Below the pieces are notes generated by a model. The model made no database searches, was not told the DNA's origin, and saw only the letters and a list, made by a program, of their open reading frames with translations. Positions 12,224 through 21,879 of a DNA stretch of 22,232 nucleotides are shown piece by piece. Source of the stretch: Octopus sinensis (lineage: Eukaryota); contig NW_021823884.1 of the NCBI RefSeq assembly GCF_006345805.1, positions 1 to 22,232 of the forward strand, written 5' to 3'. The translations under genes and the position numbers were made by a program. Each line of letters begins with the position of its first letter. The first letter of the stretch is position 1.

Positions 12224-12960
12224 GTGTTGATGGTGATAATGATGAGGATGATGATGATGGGGGAGGAGGAGGAGGAGAAGGAGGAGGAGAAAGATGACGA
12301 CGACGATGATGGTGGTGGTGGCAGTGGTTGTGTTGATGATGATGATGATGATGAAGAGGATGATGATAATAAGGTGGAGGAGGAGAGGAGGAGAAAGATG
12401 ATGACGATGACGATGGCGGTTGTGGCGGTGGTTGTGTTGATGGTGATAATGATGAGGATGATGATGATGGGGGGGGAGGAGGAGAAATATGACGACGACG
12501 ATGATGGTGGTGGTGGCAGTGGTTGTGTTGATGATGATGATGATGAGGAGGAGGAGGAGAAGGAAGATGTTGATGATGATGATGATGATGATGAAGAGGA
12601 TGATGATAATAAGGTGGAGAAGGAGAGGAGGAGAAAGATGATGACGATGACGATGGCGGTTGTGGCGGTGGTTGTGTTAATGAGGATGGTGGTGATGGTG
12701 ATGACGATGAGGAGGAGGAGGAAGTCGATGACGACGAAAACAGCAACGACGACGACGACGATGATGGTAGCGATGTTGAAGATGATGATGATGATGATGA
12801 TTTTGATGATGATGATGATGATGATTTTGATGATGATGATGATGATTTTGATGATGATGATGATGATGATTTTGATGATGATGATGATGATGATGATTTT
12901 GATGATGATGATGATGATTTTGATGATGATGATGATGATGACGACGATGATGATGACCAC
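12224..12960. repeat. (GAT/GAG/GGT) compound repeat with an internal ~210-240 bp duplication and TTT-punctuated (GAT)n
   Basis: ggtggtggtggcagtggttgtgttgat and gatggcggttgtggcggtggttgtgtt each occur twice. Confidence 0.9.
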
Positions 12961-13225
12961 GAGCATCACAATGCTCTATAATTATAAAATCCAACATGGT
13001 AAACAGAAATTAAAGTCAGTAATTAAGACGGGCGAAATATTAGCATTGCAACATCAGAAAACAACAGTAGCAACAGCAACAGCAGCAGCAGTAGTAGTAG
13101 TAGTAGTAGCAGCAGCAGCAAAGACCACGAAAACAGCAATCACAAATAGCTACAAGGACCACAAATACCACAATAACAAAAACAGCAACAAACAACAACG
13201 AACAAAAAATTTAGATAGTAAAAAC

Positions 13226-13272
<47 letters not shown>

Positions 13273-13276
13273 TATT

Positions 13277-13336
13277 CAGTAGTATATTTTTTATATCGTG
13301 CTTTCACTTCACTACCGAGCGCAGCTCTGTGTGCCT
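13277..13336 (-). mobile_element. 60-bp unique insert in (TAA)n, probably a heavily 5'-truncated retroelement end
   Basis: Non-repetitive island flanked directly on both sides by (ATT)n; strand inferred from the polarity of neighbouring elements. Confidence 0.4.
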
Positions 13337-13350
13337 TATTATTATTATTA

Positions 13351-13389
<39 letters not shown>

Positions 13390-13944
13390 GAGTGAGAGAG
13401 CAGTGCATGCCATAAAAGTGACACTGGGGTACAAATATACGAAGCCCAGTATACCCATCATGACTACCCGTCTGATAAGGGCACACCAGGCACATGCATC
13501 ACAATCATATGTGCGCGACATGGTGATCTCATATCAAGATAAACAGCACATGACCTTGCAGGTGGAGCCCAGTTACAATTTTCTTCAAGTCGAGTAACCC
13601 ATCCCGCTCAAAAGGTCCCTGAATTAGGGTTGTTTAAGGATGTTGAACGAAACACCGATGTTTCCAAAGGTGAGTTATTCAAAAGCCAAAGAATTCCTCC
13701 CAACACATGGCTATGATGCTCCCCCACTATTACTGCTCGTGATCAGAGATGCACATATCGTCAACCACTAAGAGACATGGTCAACTGGTTAAGGTCAAAC
13801 AACTGACAAACAAATCTATGGTATTGAGCAGAATATTTGCTGTAGCCCATCTTTTATACCAAGACAAAACAATGTACATGATAACACTTCCAATCAGTTA
13901 AGATCAGAACCCATGAGAGCAACTGCCTGATACTGCATCAGGGC

Positions 13945-13946
<2 letters not shown>
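13390..13946 (-). mobile_element. ~557-bp non-coding interspersed repeat in (TAA)n, copy 1
   Basis: Three copies in the window begin gagtgagagagcagt immediately after (ATT)n. No credible ORF and no tRNA A/B boxes seen. Confidence 0.85.
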
Positions 13947-13993
<47 letters not shown>

Positions 13994-14054
13994 GTTATTA
14001 TTATTATTGTTATTATTATTATTGTTGTTGTTGTCACCATCATCATCATCATCA

Positions 14055-14094
<40 letters not shown>

Positions 14095-14222
14095 CATTAT
14101 TATCATTATTATTATTATTATTATTATTATCATTATTATCATTATTATTATTATTATTACTATTATTATCATTATTATTATTATTATTATTATCATTATT
14201 ATTATTATTATTATCATTATTA

Positions 14223-14253
<31 letters not shown>

Positions 14254-14257
14254 CATT

Positions 14258-14811
14258 GAGTGAGAGAGCAGTTCATGCCATCAAAGTGATACTGGGGTAA
14301 AATATACGAAGCCCAATATACCCATCATGACTACCCGTCTGATAAAGGTACACCAGGCACATGCATCACAACCATATGTGCGCGACATGGTGATCACATA
14401 TCAAGATAAACAGCACATGACCTTGCAGGTGGAGCCCAGTTACAATTTTCTTCAAGTCGAGTAACACACCCCGCTCAAAAGGTCCCTGAATTAGGGTTGT
14501 TTAAGGATGTTGAACGAAACACCGATGTTTCCAGAGGTGAGTTATTCAAAAGCCAAAGAATTCCTCCCAACACATGGCTATGATGCTCCCCCACTATTTC
14601 TGCTCGTGATCAGAGATGCACATATCGTCAACCACTAAGGGACATGGTCAACTGGTTACGGTCAAACAACTGACAAGCAAATATGAGGTATTGAGCAGAA
14701 TATTTGCTGTAGCCCATCTTTTACATCAAAGCAAAACAATGTACATGATAACACTTCCAATCAGTTAAGATCAGAACCCATGAGAGCAACTGCCTGATAC
14801 TGCATCAGGGC

Positions 14812-14813
<2 letters not shown>
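14258..14813 (-). mobile_element. ~557-bp repeat, copy 2
   Basis: Colinear with copy 1 at an offset of 867-868 bp, with scattered substitutions. Confidence 0.85.
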
Positions 14814-14860
<47 letters not shown>

Positions 14861-14911
14861 GTTATTATTGTTATTGTTGTTGTTGTTGTTGTCACCATCA
14901 TCATCACCATA

Positions 14912-14958
<47 letters not shown>

Positions 14959-15214
14959 TATTACGTAACATTAACTAGCTTTGGGTGAAGGGCTGAGTGA
15001 GAGAGGAATTCTCCAACTAAAACAAGATTTGAACGCGACACCGCGGGACTTTAATTGCATTAAAGAAAAAAAATAACCAGTCACCTCATTTTCACATCCA
15101 CATCACCGCCGTCATTACCGTTATTATTGTCATCATCATCATCGCCGCCGTCGTCGTCATCGTCATTAAATATATTGCGTGTGTCTGTAGATCCTTAAGA
15201 CAGAGACTGCTAAT

Positions 15215-15415
15215 GTGGAGAGGATGGATAAAGCATTGTAGTAATTAAAGCAAATACTTCAAGTGTTCAGGTTTCAAATCTCGGCAAATTCTAGTGTGCC
15301 TGTCATCCTTTCATCTCCTCCGCATGAAACAAAGTACCATTCGACTGTTAGTCAATTTAATCCACTCCACCTCCTACAGTGAGTGTCTGTGAGTATTGTG
15401 ACAATGTTAGAAGCA
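15215..15415 (+). mobile_element. Degenerate SINE (Nin-domain-like)
   Basis: B-box-like ggtttcaaatctc followed by gcctgtcatcctttc..aaacaaagtacca, similar to 21880-22000 and 19350-19397. Confidence 0.4.
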
Positions 15416-15569
15416 ACGACATCATCACCATCAGTATCAGCAACATCAACAAGATCACCACCACCACCAACAACAACAACAACAACAACAACGACAACGA
15501 CGACGACGACATACGCAACAGCTTAAAATAACAACAACAACAACAATAGTTTATTAGAAATGAGACATA

Positions 15570-15795
15570 TAGTGTCAACCTCCAGAAAAGGGCCATCTTG
15601 TATTCCAACCAGAATCCTAAGAAAGGTTCTTGAGATTTGGAGAAACTTGTCACCAAACAGAAGAACAATATTCCTGCCAATTAAATTAGTATTTAAATGG
15701 TTAATGGCATCTGGCTTAAAATCAGAAACAGAAGGGTTTATCATAGCAGCCCAAGATAATTGCCTACCTACCAGAAACTACCAGGTCAATATAAT
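15570..15795 (+). mobile_element. Two R4/Dong-like ORF fragments in rearranged order
   Basis: About 15580-15640 gives LQKRAILYS/RILRKVLEI (frameshifted C-terminal motif). About 15695-15795 gives WLMASGLKSETEGFIIAAQDNCLPTRNYQ, the conserved motif preceding the CCHC knuckle in R4/Dong elements. Confidence 0.8.
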
Positions 15796-16070
15796 TTGTA
15801 CTCTACAAATTATATACGTTATTATTATCATTTTTTTTGCAATTTACTTAATCATTGACATTTTATTGTTATTTTAATTTTAATATTTCTATTATATGTA
15901 ATTTTCTAGATGGTGTAATTTAATTGTTCATTTTGAGTTGATAAAAGGTGTTTTTTCTAATTTTTATATATATATTATATTGTGTGAAATTTGATTTAGT
16001 ATTTCTAAATTGAATTTTTTTCCTTGTAAGTTTTAGATTTTATTCCCTCAAATAATATAATATATATATA

Positions 16071-16142
<72 letters not shown>

Positions 16143-16217
16143 CATGCATATATATATATATACACATATATATACACACACACATATGTTTGTTCAATTC
16201 TGTTTTTCTATTTTCAG

Positions 16218-16387
16218 GGCCATCGAAATCCTGGACAAGTTTTGAGAGGTTCCCCCCATGCACATTGAGGACAGCCTTCACCCGTTACCTTGATATTATG
16301 ATCACACCATCTAAGAACCTTCTACAGTTGTTCTCTGTCTTAGCAACTGACGACTTCGACAGAGAACGCTTGGATAAATTATCAAAG
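16218..16387 (+). CDS. NOS: NOS internal exon B, 170 bp
   Basis: Acceptor tttttctattttcag ends at 16217; donor gtaaga at 16388. G(745)+GG gives Gly, then PSKSWTSFERFPPCTLRTAFTRYLDIMITPSKNLLQLFSVLATDDFDRERLDKLSK (nNOS: RLPPCTIFQAFKYYLDITTPP..LATSEKEKQRLLVLSK). Phase 1 in, phase 0 out. Confidence 0.96.
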
Positions 16388-16473
16388 GTAAGAGATGCAG
16401 GGAGAGAATATTCTTAAAAGTGAATACTTCGATAGAATGTACTGACCACTCACCCCCTTTGTAAAAATCAATT

Positions 16474-16504
<31 letters not shown>

Positions 16505-16506
<2 letters not shown>

Positions 16507-16785
16507 CTATTCTATGTTTGACTATTGCTTTATATTTGTACAAGTTGGCTCCAAGTCTCACCCAGAGACCTCAAGTTGTTATACCTAGTGTGCCATATAT
16601 TTGGGGTTTCTTTTTTTTTTTGTGTTGTACTAATGAATGTCTAAAAAAACCAAAAGAAAAACCCCAAAAAACGAAAATCATGTTTGTTTTAAACCTTGAG
16701 ATTACATAGAAAGTATTTTGCGTAGGATATGAGCAGTTCCCATGAGCACTATCGTTTGAATTTCTGCCATTTTGGGGTTTCCTGG
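16505..16785 (-). mobile_element. 3' end of an R4/Dong-like element: ORF C-terminus, 3' UTR and (TAA)n tail
   Basis: Minus strand 16785-16702 translates PGNPKMAEIQTIVLMGTAHILRKILSM-stop (not in the ORF track); a ~200-nt UTR then runs into AATAATAAT. Confidence 0.8.
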
Positions 16786-16870
16786 TCACTCCCTATGGCT
16801 ACCTGACATCATGCACGGTATCATTATTATTATTATTATTGTTATTATTACTACTATTATTATTATTATT

Positions 16871-17220
16871 GAGTGAGAGAGCAGTTCATGCCATCAAAGT
16901 GACACTGGGGTAAAATATACGAAGCCCAATATACCCATCATGACTACCCGTCTGATAAGGGTACACCAGGCACATGCATCACAACCATATGTGCGCGACA
17001 TGGTGATCTCATATCAAGATAAACAGCACATGACCTTGCAGGTGGGGCCCAGTTAGTTTTTTCTTCATTTTGAGTAGCCCATCCTGCTCAAAAACGGTCC
17101 CTGAATAAGGGTTGTTTAAGGATGTTGAAAGAACCACCCATGTTTCCAGAGGTGAACTATTCAAACCCCAAAGAATCCCTCTCAACACATGGCTATGATG
17201 CTCCCCCACTACTTCTGCTC
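16871..17220 (-). mobile_element. ~557-bp repeat, copy 3 (truncated to 350 bp)
   Basis: Same left end as copies 1 and 2; breaks off at ..ctcccccactacttctgctc and runs directly into (TAT)n. Confidence 0.85.
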
Positions 17221-17298
<78 letters not shown>

Positions 17299-17376
17299 CA
17301 CTTAGCTTGTTTTTCTTTTTCGCTTATTTTAATTAACATTGCGTTGATCTTCTTTGATTCTTGTCGGCTTTTTCAG

Positions 17377-17587
17377 GACGCCCAGGCCTACGAACAGTGG
17401 AAACAATACAACAATCCAAACCTTCCGGAAGTGCTTCAAGAATTTCCGTCGTTGTTCGTTCCACCAACTTTACTAATGACGCAAATTCCGCTATTACAAC
17501 AGCGGTTCTACAGTGTCAGCTCATCACCAAAATATCATCCGGGGGAAATACACTTAACCATTGCAATTGCAAAATACGTGAAACCAA
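17377..17587 (+). CDS. NOS: NOS internal exon C with the FAD isoalloxazine-binding RxYS motif, 211 bp
   Basis: Acceptor ctttttcag ends at 17376; donor gtaaga at 17588. DAQAYEQWKQYNNPNLPEVLQEFPSLFVPPTLLMTQIPLLQQRFYSVSSSPKYHPGEIHLTIAIAKYVKP. Phase 0 in, phase 1 out. Confidence 0.97.
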
Positions 17588-17723
17588 GTAAGAACACTTT
17601 TTTGTTTTACTCATAGTCTATCAGTTATACTCCTACTCTCTCTCCCTCTCTCTGTCTCTCTCCTCCTCTCTCTCTTTCTCTCCGTCTTTCGACCATTCTC
17701 TTTTACATATATATATATATATA

Positions 17724-17883
17724 GGCGCAGACGTGGCTATGTGGTAAGAAGCTTGCTTCCCAACCATATGGTTCCGGGTTCAGTTCCACTGTGTGGTACC
17801 TTGAGCAAGTGTCTTCTGCTATAGCCTCGGACCGACCAAAGCCTTGTGAGAGGATTTGGTGGACAGAAACCAAAAGAAGCCCG
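17724..17883 (+). mobile_element. tRNA-derived SINE 5' part (160 bp)
   Basis: A box TGGCTATGTGG, B-box-like GGTTCAGTTCC, then ccttgagcaagtgtcttct; ends at a microsatellite. Confidence 0.85.
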
Positions 17884-17940
<57 letters not shown>

Positions 17941-17941
<1 letters not shown>

Positions 17942-18348
17942 TCTTTTACTCTTTTACTTGTTTCAGTCATGTGACTGCGGCCATGCTGGAGCAACGCCTT
18001 TAGTCGAGCAAATCAACCCCAGGACTTATTCTTTGTAAAGTCTGGTACTTATTCTATCAGTCACTTTTGCCGAACCGCTAAGTGACGGGGACGTAAACAC
18101 ACCAGCATTGGTTGTCAAGCAACGCTAGGGGGACAAACACAGACACACAAACACACACACGCATATATATATATATACACATATATACGACGAGCTTCTT
18201 TCAGTTTCCGTCTACCAAATCCACTCACAAAGCTTTGGTCGGCCCGAGGCTAGAGTAGAAGACACTTGCCCAAGATGCCACGCAGTGGGACTGAACCCGG
18301 AACCATGTGGTTGGTTAGCAAGCTACTTACCACACAGCCACCTGCGCC
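17941..18348 (-). mobile_element. Apparently full-length tRNA-derived SINE with an internal (TA)/(CA) microsatellite
   Basis: Head 18348-18191 is reverse-complementary to 17724-17883; the 3' end on the minus strand is ..gactgaaacaagtaaaagagtaaaagag. Confidence 0.85.
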
Positions 18349-18368
18349 TATATATATATATATATATC

Positions 18369-18429
<61 letters not shown>

Positions 18430-18640
18430 TAATGGATACGAGGGTTACGTTTATTTATGAGTTGATTTCTTAATTTCACCAGAGTATAAATACCTATAAT
18501 GGTAATACTTTAAAAAATTAATTCTGTTCAATTAAAAATCATTGTAAGCCACACTGTAATTTGCAAAAAATTTATCAGCGCGCAGGGTATGCATCGCCCC
18601 TCCAATGCCTTTTTTTCATTTATTTATTTTTTCTTTGTAG

Positions 18641-18722
18641 ACGGTAAAATACACAGTGGCGTCTGTACCACGTGGCTAAATTCCTGTCCAGTTGGAGAAA
18701 AGATACCCTGTATTGTAAGAGC
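18641..18722 (+). CDS. NOS: NOS internal exon D (GxC(S/T)xW FAD pyrophosphate motif), 82 bp; not in the ORF track
   Basis: Acceptor ttttttctttgtag ends at 18640; donor gtaagt at 18723. A+AC gives Asn, then GKIHSGVCTTWLNSCPVGEKIPCIVR+GC (nNOS: HHGVCSSWLN..VPCFVR). Phase 1 in, phase 2 out. Confidence 0.94.
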
Positions 18723-19151
18723 GTAAGTACATGAAACGTGTCTGTATTTTTCTCCGTTGAGGAAAATAAGCATGCGCTTAGGGCATCAATGAAAGGGGGC
18801 AGCACAGAAAAAAAAAGACGGGTCATTCTTGGCCTTCTTACATCAGTCAAGTCCCAGAAGTCACGACCATTTCGAGCAGTTAGACTTGAGATGGTTTGAT
18901 CTGGTCCCCCCCCCCAAATAAAAAGTCTTAGCTAAGAGCATTAGACCCTTTTATAAGAAAGCTAGCGAATGTGTACGGCAACAAAGACAAAGTAAACAAC
19001 AAGAAATAACAACAGGTGTCTTTCGACTGAGAACGAATCAAATTGAGCTGGCGTGTATGAACTGAAAGCCTAAAGGCAGGGACATAGGAGATGGACATAA
19101 GAGGTGTTGGCGGTCGGCAGTCAGGCCATATATATATATACATATACATGT

Positions 19152-19310
19152 GGAGCGCGTGTCGTAGTGGTTAGGGTGTTGCTCTGACGAAAGTAACACT
19201 GTGGATTCGATTCCTTGACTGGGCAATGCATTGTGTTCTTAAGTAAGACACATCACTTCACGTTGCTCCAAATCACTCAACTGGTAAAATGCTGAAGAAT
19301 CCTGCGACAT
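19152..19310 (+). mobile_element. tRNA-derived SINE head and core of another family
   Basis: A-box-like TGTCGTAGTGG (19160-19170), B box GGATTCGATTCC (19203-19214), then cattgtgttcttaagtaagacac core-like sequence. Confidence 0.65.
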
Positions 19311-19349
19311 GCAGCAGGATCTCAGAAATCGGTCTTGCGGACCTACGAC

Positions 19350-19397
19350 CCTGGTACTTAATTTATCGACCCCGCCCCAAAAGGATGAACGGCAAAA
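19350..19397 (-). mobile_element. SINE central-domain fragment (Nin-like)
   Basis: Minus strand ttgccgttcatcctttt..ggggtcgataaattaagtaccag. Confidence 0.5.
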
Positions 19398-19422
19398 CCA
19401 GCGTCAGCGGCCAAAAAACACC

Positions 19423-19656
19423 ATCCGAGCGTGGCCGTTCGCCAGCCTCGTCTGGCACCTGTGTCGGCCGCACATAAAAAGCACCCACTACACTCACGGA
19501 GTGGTTGGCGTTAGGAAGGGCATCCAGCTGTAGAAACACTGCTAGATCTGACTTGCCTGGTGCAGCCTTCGGGCTTCCCAGACCCCAGTTGAACCGTTCA
19601 ACCCATGCTAGCATGGAAAGCGGACGTTAAACGACGATGATGATAATGATGATGAT
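19423..19656 (+). mobile_element. Retroposon 3' fragment with a (GAT)n tail
   Basis: Contains GGTTGGCGTTAGGAAGGGCATCCAG, a motif I recognise from RTE-associated repeats, and ends ..gcggacgttaaac(gat)n. Confidence 0.6.
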
Positions 19657-19873
19657 AATCCACTAGTACATTCATAAAAAAGGTACAGCCCCGTATGTGT
19701 GTGTGTACTTTACAGAAGAGTACAACGAAGTACATTTCATGAGAGTACATATAATAAAACAGGTCCTCTGTACCTACCGATGTTCTTCATGATGCCCCTA
19801 AAACCCTTCCGCCACTAAACCCATCCCATCGCCATCCATCATTCTTTCATCAGCCTTCCAATTCCTTCTGCAG

Positions 19874-20007
19874 GGCACCCAATTTCCACATGCCAGAGGA
19901 CGACACTAGACCAATAATAATGGTTGGTCCAGGCAGTGGTATTGCACCATTCCGTAGTTTTTGGCAACAGAGGAAAATAGACAAAGAAATGTTACCAGAG
20001 CCCAGAC
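19874..20007 (+). CDS. NOS: NOS internal exon E (NADPH-binding GPG(T/S)GIAPF motif), 134 bp; not in the ORF track
   Basis: Acceptor ttccttctgcag ends at 19873; donor gtgagt at 20008. GC+G gives Ala, then [52 protein letters not shown] is NOS-typical rather than CPR-typical. Phase 2 in, phase 1 out. Confidence 0.95.
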
Positions 20008-20126
20008 GTGAGTTCGATTCTTTGCTTTTCTTTAATCTTAGTTAAATTATTGTGTTGCTTTTCTTTTGTTGTTCTTATTACTGTTATTTATATCTTCATT
20101 CTTTTTATATTCCTGATATTTTTGTT

Positions 20127-20590
20127 GTGTGTGTGTGTGTGTTGTATGTATGTATTATGTATGTATGTATGTATGTATGTATGTATATATATAGTATATA
20201 ATATATATATATATATATATATTATATACATACATATCCCATTTCTCAACGAAAATGTATATTCATGTATAAAATATTATATCTCTATATGAATGTATGT
20301 GTACATACACGTCACGTATATACAGATATATAGATGTGTATGTATATATATATACACACATACATACATACATACATACAAACATACATGCATACATACA
20401 TACATGCATTCCTGCATACATACATGCATACATACATGCTTGCATACATACATACATACATACAGGCATACATACATACACACACACATACATACATGCA
20501 TACATACATATATACGTACACACATACATACATACATGCATACATACATGCATACATACATACATGCATACATACATACATAATATACAC
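20127..20590. repeat. (TG)/(TATG)/(TA)/(TACA) tracts
   Basis: Directly visible. Confidence 0.9.
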
Positions 20591-20591
20591 A

Positions 20592-20972
20592 AACCTGTGG
20601 AAAATGAGGGAGTGTTGTTTTTTGTGTATGTGTGGTTTGTGGGAGGAGGTACGGGCCTGGTCAGCCATCAGAGAAGTCACAGGAATCGGCCCATGGTAAA
20701 TTAGTGATATGGCTATTGTTCACAACAGAACATGTGCAACTTGTGGACAGGTGTGCCTCTCAGTTGGAGGATTGAAAAGGTATGTCAAAGGACTTCATAC
20801 TGTGGCACCTGTTCCTTCTTCCAGCCAGCACAGCTGTGCATTATGCAATAGAATGTGCAAGACTTTCCCCAGGCTCAAGAGTCATACAAGGGCCTCGTAT
20901 TGCATCAACATTGACTAATTTCAATGGTTCTTTCTAGCAATTACTTAGCTCGTATACGAGAAAGCAGCTAAC
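20592..20972 (+). mobile_element. Decayed 3' end of an RTE-like LINE with three C2H2-like fingers
   Basis: CVVCGR / GLVSHQRSH (frameshifted), CATCGQVCLSVGGLKRYVKGLH, CALCNRMCKTFPRLKSHTRAS; stop at 20702-20704; no TGEKP linkers; short UTR then a simple repeat. Confidence 0.6.
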
Positions 20973-21098
20973 ATATATGTGTGTGTGTGTGTGTATAATA
21001 AAGAAAAAGTGGGGTAATTATCCCTAATTAGCCTATTAGCGCTCTAATAGAGCATCATTGGTTTATAATTATACACATACATATACATTACATACCTA

Positions 21099-21130
<32 letters not shown>

Positions 21131-21879
21131 CATATATTATATATATTATATATATATCTTTAAATATATATTATACATACGCATATGTATATATCTCTGT
21201 ATATGTTATATATGTATGTATATATATACATATATAAGCATATATATAAATACATAATCATACATATGATTTAATCATATATATGTCAGCGGTGGTACCC
21301 CAACATAACCGCAGCTTTGAAGCTGGAACATTTTAAAGAAATTAAAGAAATTATACATATATTCTATACATAAATATATAATCATCTCTCTCTATATATA
21401 TATATACATATAATTAAGTACATACTTATGTGTGTGTGAGTGGCTGTATATATGCGTGTGTGTGTGTGTGTGTATGTGTGTGTGTTTAAGGAAGATTAGA
21501 AAACAGACCCCTCGTGATTCGTGAATACTTCAAACGTAAGTTTTTCTTCAGCTGTTTCGATGACTCACACGAAAACATTGTTAACCAAACTTTAGGTATT
21601 TATGTTCCACATCACATTCATCCAAATTAATTCAATAACTACCATTAATAAGTAAAAAAAATGCTGGTTCTAAACTCTCTCTAAGAGATCAACGCATTAG
21701 TTGTACTGACAATATTCGTAGCCACTTTAACATGGCTGTCCATTCGAGCGGACTCTACTGCGATTTTTTTAACTCCAAGAGGACGTCTACTCTAGCTGGT
21801 TAAGCGATGCACATCTGCAGCCGATAAAGTTACGAGGATGGGGAGCGAACTCCTAGCATCTTCTAGCAATGGGACCAGC

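Larger units (their letters stand above)
746..16217 (+). other. NOS: NOS intron, 15,472 bp, phase 1
   Basis: GT..AG boundaries; exons A and B join in frame with no gap relative to known NOS proteins (..ERSPALG|PSKSW..). Confidence 0.92.

Noticed and set aside
11575-13282. Long ORFs rich in poly-L, V, M, D/E, H or S (up to 352 aa)
   Set aside because: Translations of trinucleotide microsatellites, open in several frames on both strands, inside a NOS intron with no splice or domain support.
13389-13945. Solo LTR interpretation (TG...CA termini, TATA box)
   Set aside because: No terminal inverted repeat beyond 2 bp, flanks (attat/tttat) are not a clean TSD, and copy 3 is truncated straight into the target repeat, which fits target-primed insertion better.
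18715-18720. Alternative donor GTAAGA 8 nt upstream of the exon D donor
   Set aside because: It would shift the frame into exon E and delete the conserved VR; the GTAAGT at 18723 restores homology.
21011-21050. Small palindromes (gggtaattatccc; ctattag-cgct-ctaatag)
   Set aside because: Short AT-rich stems with no supporting context.
21541-21585. Candidate next NOS exon after the acceptor-like tttttcttcag
   Set aside because: In the required phase it reaches a stop within ~10 codons and lacks the expected FGCR motif; the next exon lies beyond the window.
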